Below, piece by piece: positions 10,562-22,682 of a DNA stretch of 64,000 nt. This stretch comes from Histomonas meleagridis 2922-C6/04-290x. Taxonomy: Eukaryota; Protista; Parabasalia. The first letter of the stretch is position 1; each line of letters starts with the position of its first letter. Below the pieces are notes generated by a model. That model was not told where the DNA came from and made no database searches. It was given only the letters and a program-made list of their open reading frames with translations. The DNA lies in contig JAANOX010000233.1 in assembly GCA_020184695.1 (NCBI GenBank), forward strand, positions 124,001-188,000, read 5' to 3'. A program made the position numbers and the translations under genes.

Positions 10562-11365
10562 ATGGAAACAAACTACAATTCAACAATAACATCAATTGAT
10601 ACTGACGAATATGGTCACAATGTTGCAGTTTCATCGGTTTCTGGCGTTATCTCCATTTTAAACTCTCAAAACCTTCAAAAAATATCAGACATTTTAAATC
10701 TGGATTCAGTACCATACTCTCTTGATTATTCACAATCCAGCTTTGGTCCAATTCTTGCATGTGGTTTTGCTGATGGAACTGTTCGTCTTTATCAAGCAAA
10801 CCGCGAAATACAAAGATTTGAACCTCAAAAAGGAGCAATTCTTTCTGTTGCATTTCATCCATCAAAGTGCATAGTTGCAGCCGCTTCTTTATGTGGAACA
10901 TTTGCTGTTTATTCAAAAGTTGATAATAAATGGACATCAATTGTTATACCTGCTTCACCTCTTGGTGTTAGCTCTATCGCATGGGGATCTGATTTAGATG
11001 CTCTACAAACGTTAATTCTTGGTGGAGTTGATGGTGTAGTTCGCGTATTCAAATCAGCCGGCTCAGGATGGGAATTCACTTGTTCAGCTCAGGTCCACAA
11101 TGGGTGGATTCGTCAACTCTCAACGCCAAAGATTCCACAAGTAGGCATTCAAAAAGTTGCTACATGCGGCGATGACAATATTGCATCGATTCTTAAAATT
11201 AATGGAAACAACATAGAAACGACATTTATTGACATTGATTCACCTGCAAATGGAATTTCGTTTGCAATGGTAGATAAAGTAATTGTTATGAGTCATAAAG
11301 ATGGAAAAACCACAACGTGGTCAGAAGATGACGAAGGTAAATGGGTTCTTTCGAAAGATAACTAA
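10562..11365 (+). CDS. SEC13: Sec13/Seh1-family WD40 protein
   Basis: DEYGHNVAVSS, FGPILACGFADG, SSIAWG, LGGVDGVVRVF, HNGWIRQLS; size and motif order fit Sec13. Confidence 0.7.
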   Translation: METNYNSTITSIDTDEYGHNVAVSSVSGVISILNSQNLQKISDILNLDSVPYSLDYSQSSFGPILACGFADGTVRLYQANREIQRFEPQKGAILSVAFHPSKCIVAAASLCGTFAVYSKVDNKWTSIVIPASPLGVSSIAWGSDLDALQTLILGGVDGVVRVFKSAGSGWEFTCSAQVHNGWIRQLSTPKIPQVGIQKVATCGDDNIASILKINGNNIETTFIDIDSPANGISFAMVDKVIVMSHKDGKTTTWSEDDEGKWVLSKDN

Positions 11366-11868
11366 ATGATTTTTAAATATTTTGTTTTGATTAAAATTTT
11401 CTTAGAATTATAAACATACGCATTTGCCAAATGACAAAATTATCAATGTATTAGTAAATTAGATCAAAATCAATTTAATACTTTTGTTTATACAAATTGT
11501 ACAATTTGCAAATAATTTTATCATTTTATAATTCTTTATGTAAAATGGGATCATACGGTTAAAATAAAATAAACAATATAAAAATAAAAAATAATTAATA
11601 ATTAATGAAAAATATTGATAATTTCTGCAGAAAACACAATAAATAGAACTATTATCACTTTTGTCTTTTCAGCAAATTTGGTTGGTTGGTGGCTTTATAC
11701 CTATTAAAATACGTTTCATTAATGGATTATCTAAATGATTATATTTATGAATCACAAAAAAATTCTTTTTTACTGCTTTGTGGAGAAATAGTAAAACATG
11801 TGCTCATGCGTACAAAATTTTGTTTACAAATATTTACATTATCCGAAAAGATGTTTATTAATTTTTAT

Positions 11869-14800
11869 TTATTGAACACATTCTAACATTTTATTTAATT
11901 GTTGGTTGTCCACATTTCTTTTTATGCATTCGTTTGCCAAACATTTCATCACAAACTTCATATTCTCTGTTGAAATGTTTTCGTTATAATTATCGCAAAA
12001 TATTTTTATTAAGTTATCCAAATCGCTCACGTTATCCAAATATTTACAAAACAAATTTGCGCAAGATTTTTGCACCAAATTTGAGTCAGCGAAAACATTT
12101 ATAATTTTTGCAGCACAACATAACAAAACGTCGAAGTTATAATTATAATTAACATTTGTATAATTTAACAATGAAACTAAACAAAGAAAAGATAACTTTG
12201 TAATTTTATTCGTTTCATTGTTTAATAATGAAAATAATATTTCGACAATTTCATGGAATTGTATGAAATCGAATTTTAATATTAAAGTATATAATAATCG
12301 CAAAGTTTCGATTAAATTTTTTTGGTTTTTTATATTTTCACATATAAAATTCGGAACTTTTGATATGTTTAACATTTCATAATTAACTTCATTCGAATGT
12401 AATAAGTTAATTAATTCATTTAATTGTTCTGTATTAGAGAAAAAACTTGGAATAGAATTATAAAACTCTTGGAAACTTAATATTTTATTTGGATATTTAA
12501 ATAATTTCGAATAAATTTTCGATAACTTTTGATAATTTTCATTGTTTATTGGTAATATCTCAATGATTATGTTATCGTTTAATGTGATAATAAAATCTAA
12601 AACATATTCATTTGTTGATGAATATTTACAAATGTTTTTGATGATTTCGATATCATCTTTATAATAATTAAAGATATTCATATAATATTTTATGTTTTCA
12701 TTTGTTATTATATTGATAACAAACTCTTTAAACTCATTAAACTTTGTTAATGGCTCAATACTATTAACAAATAAATGTTTTAACTTATTCGAAATTGTTA
12801 AATTCAATTTTACCAAAATTTTATTTAAATCATTTGGATATGTTTCGATTTTTTCGAATAATTTTTTTAATATTTTTAATAATTTCATATAAATTTTTAT
12901 TGGAATCTTTTTATTAGTAAATTCTAATATATTAATAATGAAATTTATATTTTTAATAAAAAATTCTTCTTTTATAACAACAAAATTTAATATTAAATTT
13001 AAAATTCCAATTCGAATTGATTGATTCGGATAAAACTTAAATTTCATTAAAGAATTTATTAATTTCTCACTAAAAAATTCGTTCTTTAAATTAATTGACA
13101 TTTGTATACAAACATTTTTAATTATTTCTTCATTCTCTTTATTATTATCAATTAAATTTGGTATGAAATCGATATCCAAAAATTTAATAGCATTAGTTTC
13201 GATCAAAATATTAAAGAAAGTTTTAATTAATGGAATTTTAAATTTATTATCCATTAAATTATTAATAATTTTTATTAAAATTGGTAAAAACTTCTCGAAA
13301 TCAATGTTTGGGTTTAAAGCCGAAATACGTAATTGTTCCAAAACAATATTATAATGTTCGACATGACCAATTTCGATAATTTCATTAATTTTTGATATTA
13401 TTCTTGGAAAATTATTTAAATAATAATTTTTTCCGATAATTTTATTTTGATTATTCATATTATTATTAAACATTAATCCTGAATTAATTGACAAATATTT
13501 CTTATATTTGTTTCTATTATTAATAATATTTGTTTCAGGAGAAACTTCTTGAATTAATACAACTAATTCACTTCCTGGAAATTGATATGATTTATCAGAT
13601 AAGTCTGATATAATTTGATGAAATGAAGGACGTAACTTTGGATCTCTTTCCCAACATTTCTCTATTAATTCCTTTAAATTCTTTGGCACATTTTCTGGGA
13701 TTATTGGACGACGATTCTTTTCGACAATTTCAAATGTTAATTGTCCATAATCAATATCAAAATATGGTCGTTCGCCAGTTAATAATTCCCATAATAATAT
13801 ACCGAAACTATATACATCGACTTTCTCATCATAACATGGACTACTGATTAATACTTCTGGTGCCATCCAACATGCTGTACCGACTAAACCAGTCATCGGA
13901 TCACTACTTTTCATTCGGATTAATCCAAAGTCACATATCTTGGCACGTTTTCGTTGATCTAATAATATGTTTAAGCTTTTAAGATCTCGATGTATTATAC
14001 CGCGGCCATGTAAATACTCAAGGCCACGCGCAATGTCTAACGCAATTAATGTTCGCTCTGTTGGTGATAATTGGTCAGGATGATCATGTAAAAAATCATA
14101 TAATGAGCCGTTCGGCATATACTCGGTGAGGATGCAAAATGGTGGCTCTGAGGTATACCCATAAAAGCGAACAAGCGATGGATGTCGTAGAACGGCCATT
14201 GTGAAGATTTCGCGTTTGAACATTTCCATATCTGATGATGAAAGAACTCGATTATGAAGGATTTTGACAGCAACTTCACAGTTGGTAGGCTTTAAAATAC
14301 CATGAATGACACGCCCGGCTTGGCCAGAACCAATTTCTTCCCCCATGATAATATCAGATAATTTGACAACTATGTTAAGAGATTGGGGAATGTCAGGAAT
14401 GGTAACAATCTCACGCTCATCATTGCTAATGGTGATTCCAAGATCTTCTAATGAATTAAGCCGATTTTGAAGATGACGTGAGACATCAGGTCGATTAGAT
14501 AGATCGGGTCGCATTTGAAGTTGATTAAGTAGAACAGAAATACGCTTTATGTCGACTTGATCTTGAAGATCAAGTTCTTCATCTGATAAACCAAGATATT
14601 GTGTGGCAGGTTGGAAGCCTATGGATTCAAGACATTTGATGCATGACTTGCGAATGGAATTTATCTCACCTTTAACAGCCCGCATTGATGTAGTTAGAGC
14701 AATTTGACCACATACATCAGAACAACATTGTGAATGAAGTTGCTGGAAATGATCCAGAGCTGAAAAGAGATTAGGCAAGTTTGTTCGCATGGATGCAAAT

Positions 14801-14970
14801 GCTTTTTTACTTTGTTCGAATTTATATGATTTGAGATTTGAAGCAACATTTTTGATTTGAAGTAAAAATGAATTGATTTTAGAACAGTGAATGTATGGTG
14901 GTGGATTTGCTGAGCCTAGTGCAGAAATTCGTTGTTGAATTAAATCAATTTGTCTGAAAAAATCATTCAT
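11869..14970 (-). CDS. TKL-family protein kinase with N-terminal helical domain and C-terminal ARM-like region
   Basis: GSGQAG, VAVK, HRDLKSLN, CDFG, GTACWMAPE, DVYSFG. ATG at 14970. Confidence 0.92.
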   Translation of the reverse strand: MNDFFRQIDLIQQRISALGSANPPPYIHCSKINSFLLQIKNVASNLKSYKFEQSKKAFASMRTNLPNLFSALDHFQQLHSQCCSDVCGQIALTTSMRAVKGEINSIRKSCIKCLESIGFQPATQYLGLSDEELDLQDQVDIKRISVLLNQLQMRPDLSNRPDVSRHLQNRLNSLEDLGITISNDEREIVTIPDIPQSLNIVVKLSDIIMGEEIGSGQAGRVIHGILKPTNCEVAVKILHNRVLSSSDMEMFKREIFTMAVLRHPSLVRFYGYTSEPPFCILTEYMPNGSLYDFLHDHPDQLSPTERTLIALDIARGLEYLHGRGIIHRDLKSLNILLDQRKRAKICDFGLIRMKSSDPMTGLVGTACWMAPEVLISSPCYDEKVDVYSFGILLWELLTGERPYFDIDYGQLTFEIVEKNRRPIIPENVPKNLKELIEKCWERDPKLRPSFHQIISDLSDKSYQFPGSELVVLIQEVSPETNIINNRNKYKKYLSINSGLMFNNNMNNQNKIIGKNYYLNNFPRIISKINEIIEIGHVEHYNIVLEQLRISALNPNIDFEKFLPILIKIINNLMDNKFKIPLIKTFFNILIETNAIKFLDIDFIPNLIDNNKENEEIIKNVCIQMSINLKNEFFSEKLINSLMKFKFYPNQSIRIGILNLILNFVVIKEEFFIKNINFIINILEFTNKKIPIKIYMKLLKILKKLFEKIETYPNDLNKILVKLNLTISNKLKHLFVNSIEPLTKFNEFKEFVINIITNENIKYYMNIFNYYKDDIEIIKNICKYSSTNEYVLDFIITLNDNIIIEILPINNENYQKLSKIYSKLFKYPNKILSFQEFYNSIPSFFSNTEQLNELINLLHSNEVNYEMLNISKVPNFICENIKNQKNLIETLRLLYTLILKFDFIQFHEIVEILFSLLNNETNKITKLSFLCLVSLLNYTNVNYNYNFDVLLCCAAKIINVFADSNLVQKSCANLFCKYLDNVSDLDNLIKIFCDNYNENISTENMKFVMKCLANECIKRNVDNQQLNKMLECVQ

Positions 14971-14999
14971 CAAATCTGAAACCGTTAATTTTTCTTCAC

Positions 15000-15447
15000 T
15001 AAAATTGCCGGTTTATTCTTACAAAAAGTTGACGGCCTTGCCGATAGCATGCTAAAGTATTCAATTGAGTTTTACAACAGCCAAGAACAAAATGCAGAGA
15101 CACACTTACGTTTGTTAGATATATTAATCCCATCTGCGAAATATATTTCAAATCCAGATGAATTAATTGAATTTGGGCTTAAGTTAACACGTGATTTATT
15201 AATTGCATCAGACCGATTTGATAGATTTTTGGAAGACGATGACGAATTCGAAGAGTTCCACGAAACAAGTCTTTGACATCTTTATCCGTAATGATGTTGA
15301 ACCATTTATTGTTGATTATGTATATAATTTATGTGTTAAAAAAGAAGCATTAATTCGATATGCACAAAAACTTATATTCACTGACTTTACTAAATATGTT
15401 TCCAATTGCCAAATCTCGTCCTTATTAACATTATATAACATAGCGAT
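15000..15447 (+). pseudogene. Inverted near-identical copy of an internal segment (7037-7483) of the 1365-aa gene
   Basis: Translates as ...MLKYSIEFYNSQEQNAETHLRLL...SSLLTLYNIA, matching the 5980-10077 protein, with a frameshift near 15222 and a G-to-D change. Confidence 0.9.
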
Positions 15448-15642
15448 GGATGCACCCCTAACTAATCTTATAATTAATTTTTATAAAATTTAACAATTAT
15501 TATAATTTACGCAAAACAGATATTATTATAAATGCGAATTACTTTTGAAATATCTTTTTAAATATTAAAATGATTAAACAAATCATATTACATAATTATG
15601 TGTTACTAAAAATTTTAAAAGTCACTGAACTGAAAAATTATA

Positions 15643-16410
15643 AAAGTCACTTTATATGATAAAGAAATTACACAAATTATTAGTTGTCCGAATGGGAAAA
15701 GTAAAACATTTACAATTCCTAATTCAGTCATTTCCATTATGAATTATTCTTTTGCTTATTGTAATAATTTAGAAAGAATTTTTATTGGAAATAATGTTCA
15801 ATATATTAATTCATGTGCATTTGTTAATTGTACATCACTTCAATGTATTCATTTTAATGGAGAAACTTCACCAAATATACAAAATGATGCATTTGTTAAT
15901 ATAAATGCGACAACAGTTATGACATTTGAAACATATCAAAATGAAACATTTGGAAATATGAATGTTACTAAGGGAACAACACTTGACGAATGTTTCCCGC
16001 CAACACGCACATTCACATTTACACAAAGTGATACACTCACTAATTCATATACATTTAATGAATCGGATTCACTAACTGCATCAGTTGCTCATTCATCTGA
16101 TGAAGTTGCATCTTTATCTTTAACACATTCGTTCACTTTTACTCACTCATTATCTATTACACATTCGATTACATTTTATAGTGAATACATAAATGCAATT
16201 TCATTGTTAACATTTGAATTCACTTATAGTTATATATTGATAAATATCATTTATTACGATTACACTGTTATATATTATCCGTCTTATTATAGTTATTATT
16301 ATGGCTTTTATACATTAGCTGTAACTGATGTTCCTCCAAAAGATAATGCTTTAAATAATTTAAAAAATTTTCACATATTATCAAATAAATACATAAAACA
16401 ATTTTTATAA
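15643..16410 (+). pseudogene. 5'-truncated BspA-like (TpLRR) surface protein fragment with Ser/Thr-rich stalk
   Basis: TLYDKEITQIISCP...TIPNSVISIMNYSFAYCNNLERIFIGNNVQYINSCAFVNCTSL, then FTxSxT repeats and a hydrophobic tail. In-frame stop at 15631 upstream. The 3' end runs into the antisense ankyrin array. Confidence 0.75.
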
Positions 16411-19400
16411 AAAACGTATAAATATTTTTAATATTAATATCAATATTCTCTTTCAAGAAGTTGAACTGTTTTTTTATGATCATTTTCAGATGCAATAATA
16501 AGTGTTGTTTTAAATAATTTAAATAATTTCCATATATTGTTTTGAATTATCAAATGATTAAAATAAATTTTAAATAATACAAATAAATATCTATAGCATT
16601 AATATCAATTCCTTTTTGTTCAAGAAGTATTTTAACTATTCCTACATGACCTCTTGAAGATGCAATCATAAGTGCTGTTTTAAATAATTTAAATAATTTC
16701 CATATATTATTTCGGAATATCAAATTATTAAAATAAATAAAAAATTAAACAAATAAATATCTTTAGCATTAATATCAATTTCTTTTTGTTCAAGAAGTAA
16801 TTTAACTATTCCTACATGACCTCTTGAAGATGCAATCATAAGTGTTGTTTTAAATAATTTAAATAATTTCCATATATTGTTTTGAATTATCAAATGATTA
16901 AAATAAATTTTAAATAATACAAATAAATATCATCAACATTAATATCAATTCCTTTTTGTTCAAGAAGTAATTTAACTATTTTAGAATGACCATTTGAAGA
17001 TGCTAACATAAGTGCTGTTCTAAATAATTTAAATAATTTCCAAATAGTATTTTGAAATATAATATTATTAAAATAAACATAAAATAATACAAATAAATAT
17101 CTTTAGCATTAACATCAATTCCTTTTTGTTCAAGAAGTAATTTAACTATTTCTGTGTGACCATTTTTAGATGCTAAAATAAGTGCTGTATCAAATATTTT
17201 AAATAATTTCCAAATATTATTTTGAATTATCAAATTATTAAAATAAATATCAAATAAAACAAACAAATATCTTTATCATTAATATTAATTCCTTTTTGTT
17301 TAAGAAGTAATTTAACTATTTCTATTTGATTATTTTTAGATGCAATCATAAATGTTGTATAAAATATTTCATTTAATCTTTGAATATTACTTTGAAATAT
17401 AATAAAATTATTGTAATAAATCCCAAACAAAACAAATAAATATCTTTAGCATTAATATCAATTCCTTCTTGTTTAAGAAGTAATTTAACTATTTCTATAT
17501 AACCATATTCAGCTGCTTTGATGAGTGCTGTCCAAAATATTTCAAATAATTTCCAAATATTATTTTGAAATATAAAATTATTATAATAAATATTAAATAA
17601 AACAAATAAATATTTTTAGCATTAATATCAATTCCTTTTTGTTAAAGAAGTAATTTAACTATTTCTGTGTGACCATTTTCAGAAGCTAACATAAGTGCTG
17701 TATAAAATAATTTAAATAATTTCCAAATATTATTTTGAAATATCAAATTATTAAAATAAATCCCAAACAAAACAAATAAATATTTTTAGCATTAATATCA
17801 ATTCCTTTTTGTTTAAGAAGTAATTTAACTATTTCTATATGACCATTTGAAGATGCAAATATAAGTGCTGTTTTAAATAATTTAAATAGTTTCCATATAT
17901 TATCTTGAAACATAAATTTGTAAAAATAAATATTCAATGAAGAGAGAAAATATCTTTTACATTAATATCAATACCCTTTTGCTTAAGAAGTAATTTAACT
18001 ATTTCAATGTTACCTTTTGATGTTGACCATATAAGTGCTGTTTCAAATAATTAAAATAATTTCCAAATATTATTTTGTAATACAAAATTATTATAATAAA
18101 TTTCAAATGTAAAAAATAAGTATCTTTTATGTTAACATTAATTCCTTTTTGTTCAAGAAGTAATTTGACTATTTCTATCTGATTATTTTCAGATGCCCAA
18201 ATAAGTGCTGTTTTAAATATTTTAAACAATTTTTAAATATTATTTAAAAATATAAAATTTATAAAATAGACAATAAATAAAACCAATAAATATCTTTAGC
18301 ATTAACATTAATTCCTTTTTGCATGAGAAGTAATTTAACTATTTCTATATGACCTTTAGAAGAAGATAAAATAAGAGCCGAATTAAATAATTTTCATAAT
18401 TTTCAAATCAAATGTTAAAATATACAAAAATTATAAAAACAAATTATTTCAACATTGTTATTATATCTTTTGTGTACAAGAAGTAATTTGACAATTTCGA
18501 TGTGACCATTAAAAGATGCCTGTAGAAGTGCTTCTCTAAATGAATCAAATAATTCTCACATAATATTTTAAAATATTGAATTAATAAAGGAAATATTTCT
18601 GTTATTGATATTATGTCCATCATGTTCAAGAAGTAATTTAACTATCTCTATTTTACCACTTGAAGATGCTATAACAAGTGCTGTTCGAAATAATATGAAT
18701 AATTTTCAAATATTATATTAAAAAATTAAGCTATTAAAATTAACGTGTAACATAGCAAATAAATATCTTTTCTATTAATATTAATTCCTTCATATTCAAG
18801 AAGTAATTTAACAATTTCAATGTAATTTTTCTCAACTGCAACAATAAGTGCTGTTTGAAATAGTATAAATAATTTTCAAATATAATTTTGAATTATTATA
18901 TTATTATAATAATTATCATCTTTAGCATTAATATTAATTCCTTCTTGTTCAAGAAGTAATTTAACTAAGTCTACACAACTACATGAAGTAAATGCAATAA
19001 GTAGCGTTTGAGAATATTTAAATATCATAAATGTATATATGAAGCACCAATATGAATTATCCTTTTTTCAAGTAAAAGTTAAAAATATTATAATTTGTGA
19101 TTTTATTAATTTTTAATAAATCGATAATATTTTCAACATAATCATGAATATTAATCTCTTCAATATTATTATCATAAAGATAATGAAAAATATCATTTCG
19201 ATGAAGCAAAAATGCTGTTTCATATGTATCTTTAAATGAAGAATGATTTTGTTCACATAAATGAATGATTTCTTCATTTCCACCTGCAACTTCGTATTTT
19301 CCTGTATTTGTTACTTTTGCACCATTCATAAGTAAATATTTAAAACATTTAATTGATCCAAAATATGCTGCATAATCAATTAATGTAACATTTTCTTTGT

Positions 19401-20064
19401 TAATGAATGAACATCTTTCATAAAGTGATGGTTTAATTATTTGATTAAAATTAAAGTTTTCTTGTGATGATATTTCTTGAAGTTTTTCTATATCATCATT
19501 TCGAATTATTTTTGCAACCTGATTTGGATTATGTCCTTCTTTAATTAATTGCTTGTGTATTGCAAAATCGTTCTTAGATAGTTCTCCATAATCGTTATTA
19601 TTTGTTTTTATTGGAAAATGATGCATGAAATAATCTGTGGATTTATGCATAACTAAATCGGATGAAATTAATTCCATTTCAATCATATTTTCTAGAATAA
19701 AATATGACTCTTGTGAGTCATTGTCAAGAAGAAAGTCTCGAAATCCAGTAATTAGTTTATAATTACTTTTGTTAATTTCTTTTTCAAGGTGTTTCATGAA
19801 ATCAATATATAATTTAAAATCTTTATTTTGTGAAAGAATTGATGAATATATAATTTTGCTGAAAATCAAATTGAAATATGCTAATATATTTTCATTATTT
19901 AACAGATTTATAGTTGCACTAATTGATTCAAAAATGTTTTCTTTACTTAAACCAAAAATAATTTCTTCAAGAGATATTAGATCTTGCATAAACGTAGTCG
20001 TATAATAATATGGTGATTGATTTTTTATTGTGTTGGGTTTTTCTTGAGTTATAATATTTCCCAT
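16346..20064 (-). CDS. DUF3447 + ankyrin-repeat gene with loop codons split by 17-nt spacers (about 16 repeats)
   Basis: ORF 20064-19057 has the DUF3447-type core (IDYAAYFGSIKCFKYLL, GGNEEIIHLCEQ). xTAL ankyrin units follow at periods of 170, 173, 153 and 150 nt, each equal to 99-105 coding nt plus 3-4 x 17 nt. Confidence 0.8.
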
Positions 20065-21356
20065 TGTAGAAGATTTATAAATTTATGTTAAAACAAGTAA
20101 TACCACTTTTTGAGTTTCGCGGAGACACTTTTTTAATATGTTCAATGAATAAACATGTTTATTTTAATTAACTTAGAAAAAACAATTCTTAATAAAAAAA
20201 TATAATTAACTTACAAAACATAAATATTATAAATATTTATCATATATCTAATTTCTGTGAGAGATAAATGATGTATAAAGAGATGTTAAGACAGAAATAG
20301 AGACTGATTAAAAATAATATTTATAATTATTATTTTATCATTAAATCAAAAGTAATAATAGCTCAAATAACAGGAAAATCATAGTACATATATTTATAGT
20401 GGGAAAGAAATCATTAAACTAAAATAATTAGAATACTTTTGATTTATAAATCAACTGTAAAGTTAAAGGGGAATGATTTTTAGGGAATATTCGAAATATA
20501 TAATTTATAAAAAATAATTTAAATTACTATTAAATAATATAAGTATAAAAATTAAGAAAAAAAAATTATTTTAATAAAAGAATAAAGTAAAAAAAAATTA
20601 ATTAAGAGAAAAAAGAAAAAATAAAAAATAATTAAAAGGGAATCATATTAGTAGATGTTGGAGCTCGCCGGTTGGCATGATATGGAGAAAAAATGGTCAG
20701 CGCGAAGCGAACAGAATAACCGATGATTTTCACTATGTTTGTTCTAATGATTTTGTGTAACAACTGATATTTTGAAATATTTACATTTTTCACGAATCAT
20801 ATTCAAAAGTTTTTTTTTCAGAAAATTATTCTGGAAATTCCACTATTCAAATTTTAAATTTTATTTTCAGCGTTCCAAAAACTGCCAATTTAATCCATTG
20901 TAAATTGAATTAATTTTCATATGGTTGTGCACAATTATTTTTTTTTGTTTCGCAAAGCAAAAGATAATATATTAAGTTTCTCAAGCTGCATACTAATTCA
21001 CGCAAAACAAAGAATTGATTCTTACTGCTATTATTACAAATATCAAATAAATTTAACTTTATGTTTTCAACATATTTCGCATTTACAAGCATGTGATTAA
21101 CTTTAAAATTTGAATTAAGAAAAGCATAGGTATTGTTTTAATTTATCTGCCGGGCATTCTTTTCCCTTGCTTGTGAAATATCTTGATTAATTTGTCAAAT
21201 CAATTTGAATATTTTATGAAAAAACTTTTTGACTCCATTTTTCAGAATAAAATATTGAAATTTCATGACCAGAACAAACCGCAACGATAAGTGGTTCTTT
21301 TTGGGCAGTTTATTGTAGTTTCAACTTTGAATTCAAAATTTGTTTACTCCATATAG

Positions 21357-22682
21357 ATGTGCCTCCTTTACAATGCTACACTAAATCTCAGAGAAGTTTA
21401 TAATCTTGTAGATCCTTCAGCTTATGCTGTTACACAATATTTTTGCGGGAGGCCACTTAACATCCCTGAAGATTGTCCAGATCCTGAAAATCCTATTTCA
21501 ACAGATGGTCACAAAATAGTCTGTGTAAATGAAATATTCGAGGATCCTAGTCATAATCAGTTTCGTGTAATTGATGTTATTGGCAATGGTACCTTTTCTT
21601 ATGTTTTCAAGTGTCAAATGATGAATCGTGATAATGTCTTCACAGCTCTTAAAATCATTAAGAACCTTCCTCAATATCGTGCAACTGGTGTCAGTGAAAT
21701 AATGATTCTTAAACATCTTGCAAGTTCTGATTATCACCCAGGGAAAGATCATGTAGTTATACCAATTTCCACATTTGAAGTTGACCGTCACATCTGTATG
21801 GTTATGCCATTATTATCCCGTTCTCTTTTTGAAGGAATTTGTCAAACGCAATCCACATTAAATTTACTTGCGACCATTCGAAATGTTATGGGGCAACTTC
21901 TTCAAGCTCTTTCCTTTATTCATTCACGAGGAGTTATTCATTGTGACATCAAACCCGATAATATATTATATTTAAGTGAAAACTCAGATGACATTAGTTT
22001 AATAGATTTTGGTTCGGCGAGCACATCAGCACGTAGTCAAGGCCAATATATTCAATCACGTTTTTATCGTAGTTTTGAAGTAATGATGGGTCTTGAATAT
22101 GATTCCAAAATTGATATTTGGAGTGCTGGATGCGTTGCGGCTGAGTTATTTTTGGATTTTGCTATCTTTGCGTGCGAGTCCGAAAGTGATTCAATCCATA
22201 CAATGGTGGCACTTTTGGGTGATGTGCCTGATTACTTAATCTCTTCTTCGCCAAATTGGTGGAAATTTTATGATGTAACACCGCAAGGCTTTAAATTAAA
22301 GATGGAGCCTCAACAGGTTTTGTTAACAAAGCATTTATATCATTCTATTTTCGAACAATTAAATTTGTTCACTTTGGATCAAGTGATTATGGCACATTGT
22401 ATGATAACAACAGAAGAAGAACTAAGAGCTGTTGCTTGTTTTAGTGATTTTGTGCATTGCTTACTAAGATTTGACAGCACAAAAAGGCTATCGGCAGATG
22501 AGGCACTCCGTCACCCGTTTATAACCGGTCAAATTGGGGTGCCCCTACAAACGGTCGTGCCGCAGGTTGGTGGATTATCGTTCAATGATGGATTACAGAT
22601 AAATACAGATAATCAGCATCCAATTTTAAGAATGCCAATAGGAGATCCTATTTCAACAAGCGAATTCCTGTCAATGATGTAA
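21357..22682 (+). CDS. CMGC kinase, DYRK/Yak1-like
   Basis: GNGTFS, HCDIKPDN, DFG, YIQSRFYR activation loop. Confidence 0.9.
   Translation: MCLLYNATLNLREVYNLVDPSAYAVTQYFCGRPLNIPEDCPDPENPISTDGHKIVCVNEIFEDPSHNQFRVIDVIGNGTFSYVFKCQMMNRDNVFTALKIIKNLPQYRATGVSEIMILKHLASSDYHPGKDHVVIPISTFEVDRHICMVMPLLSRSLFEGICQTQSTLNLLATIRNVMGQLLQALSFIHSRGVIHCDIKPDNILYLSENSDDISLIDFGSASTSARSQGQYIQSRFYRSFEVMMGLEYDSKIDIWSAGCVAAELFLDFAIFACESESDSIHTMVALLGDVPDYLISSSPNWWKFYDVTPQGFKLKMEPQQVLLTKHLYHSIFEQLNLFTLDQVIMAHCMITTEEELRAVACFSDFVHCLLRFDSTKRLSADEALRHPFITGQIGVPLQTVVPQVGGLSFNDGLQINTDNQHPILRMPIGDPISTSEFLSMM

Noticed and set aside
15448-15642. Possible 17-nt spacers in the 5' part of the BspA fragment
   Set aside because: No consistent 20-nt register and no sensible decoded sequence.
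16268-18629. Many 60-90 aa ORFs in the ankyrin arrays (also 44458-45666, 57316-58107, 62559-62756)
   Set aside because: They are read-through of one ankyrin exon into 17-nt spacers, giving IYLFYLIFIL-type text. They are not independent genes.
16501-19000. CRISPR-like interpretation of the regular repeats
   Set aside because: The repeats are ankyrin coding units, the variable parts are only 3 nt, there are no cas genes, and the context is eukaryotic.
20655-20740. GC-richer island in AT-rich intergenic DNA (similar one at 49150-49260)
   Set aside because: No tRNA cloverleaf, snoRNA box pair or convincing stem found by eye. An Rfam/Infernal search would be needed.
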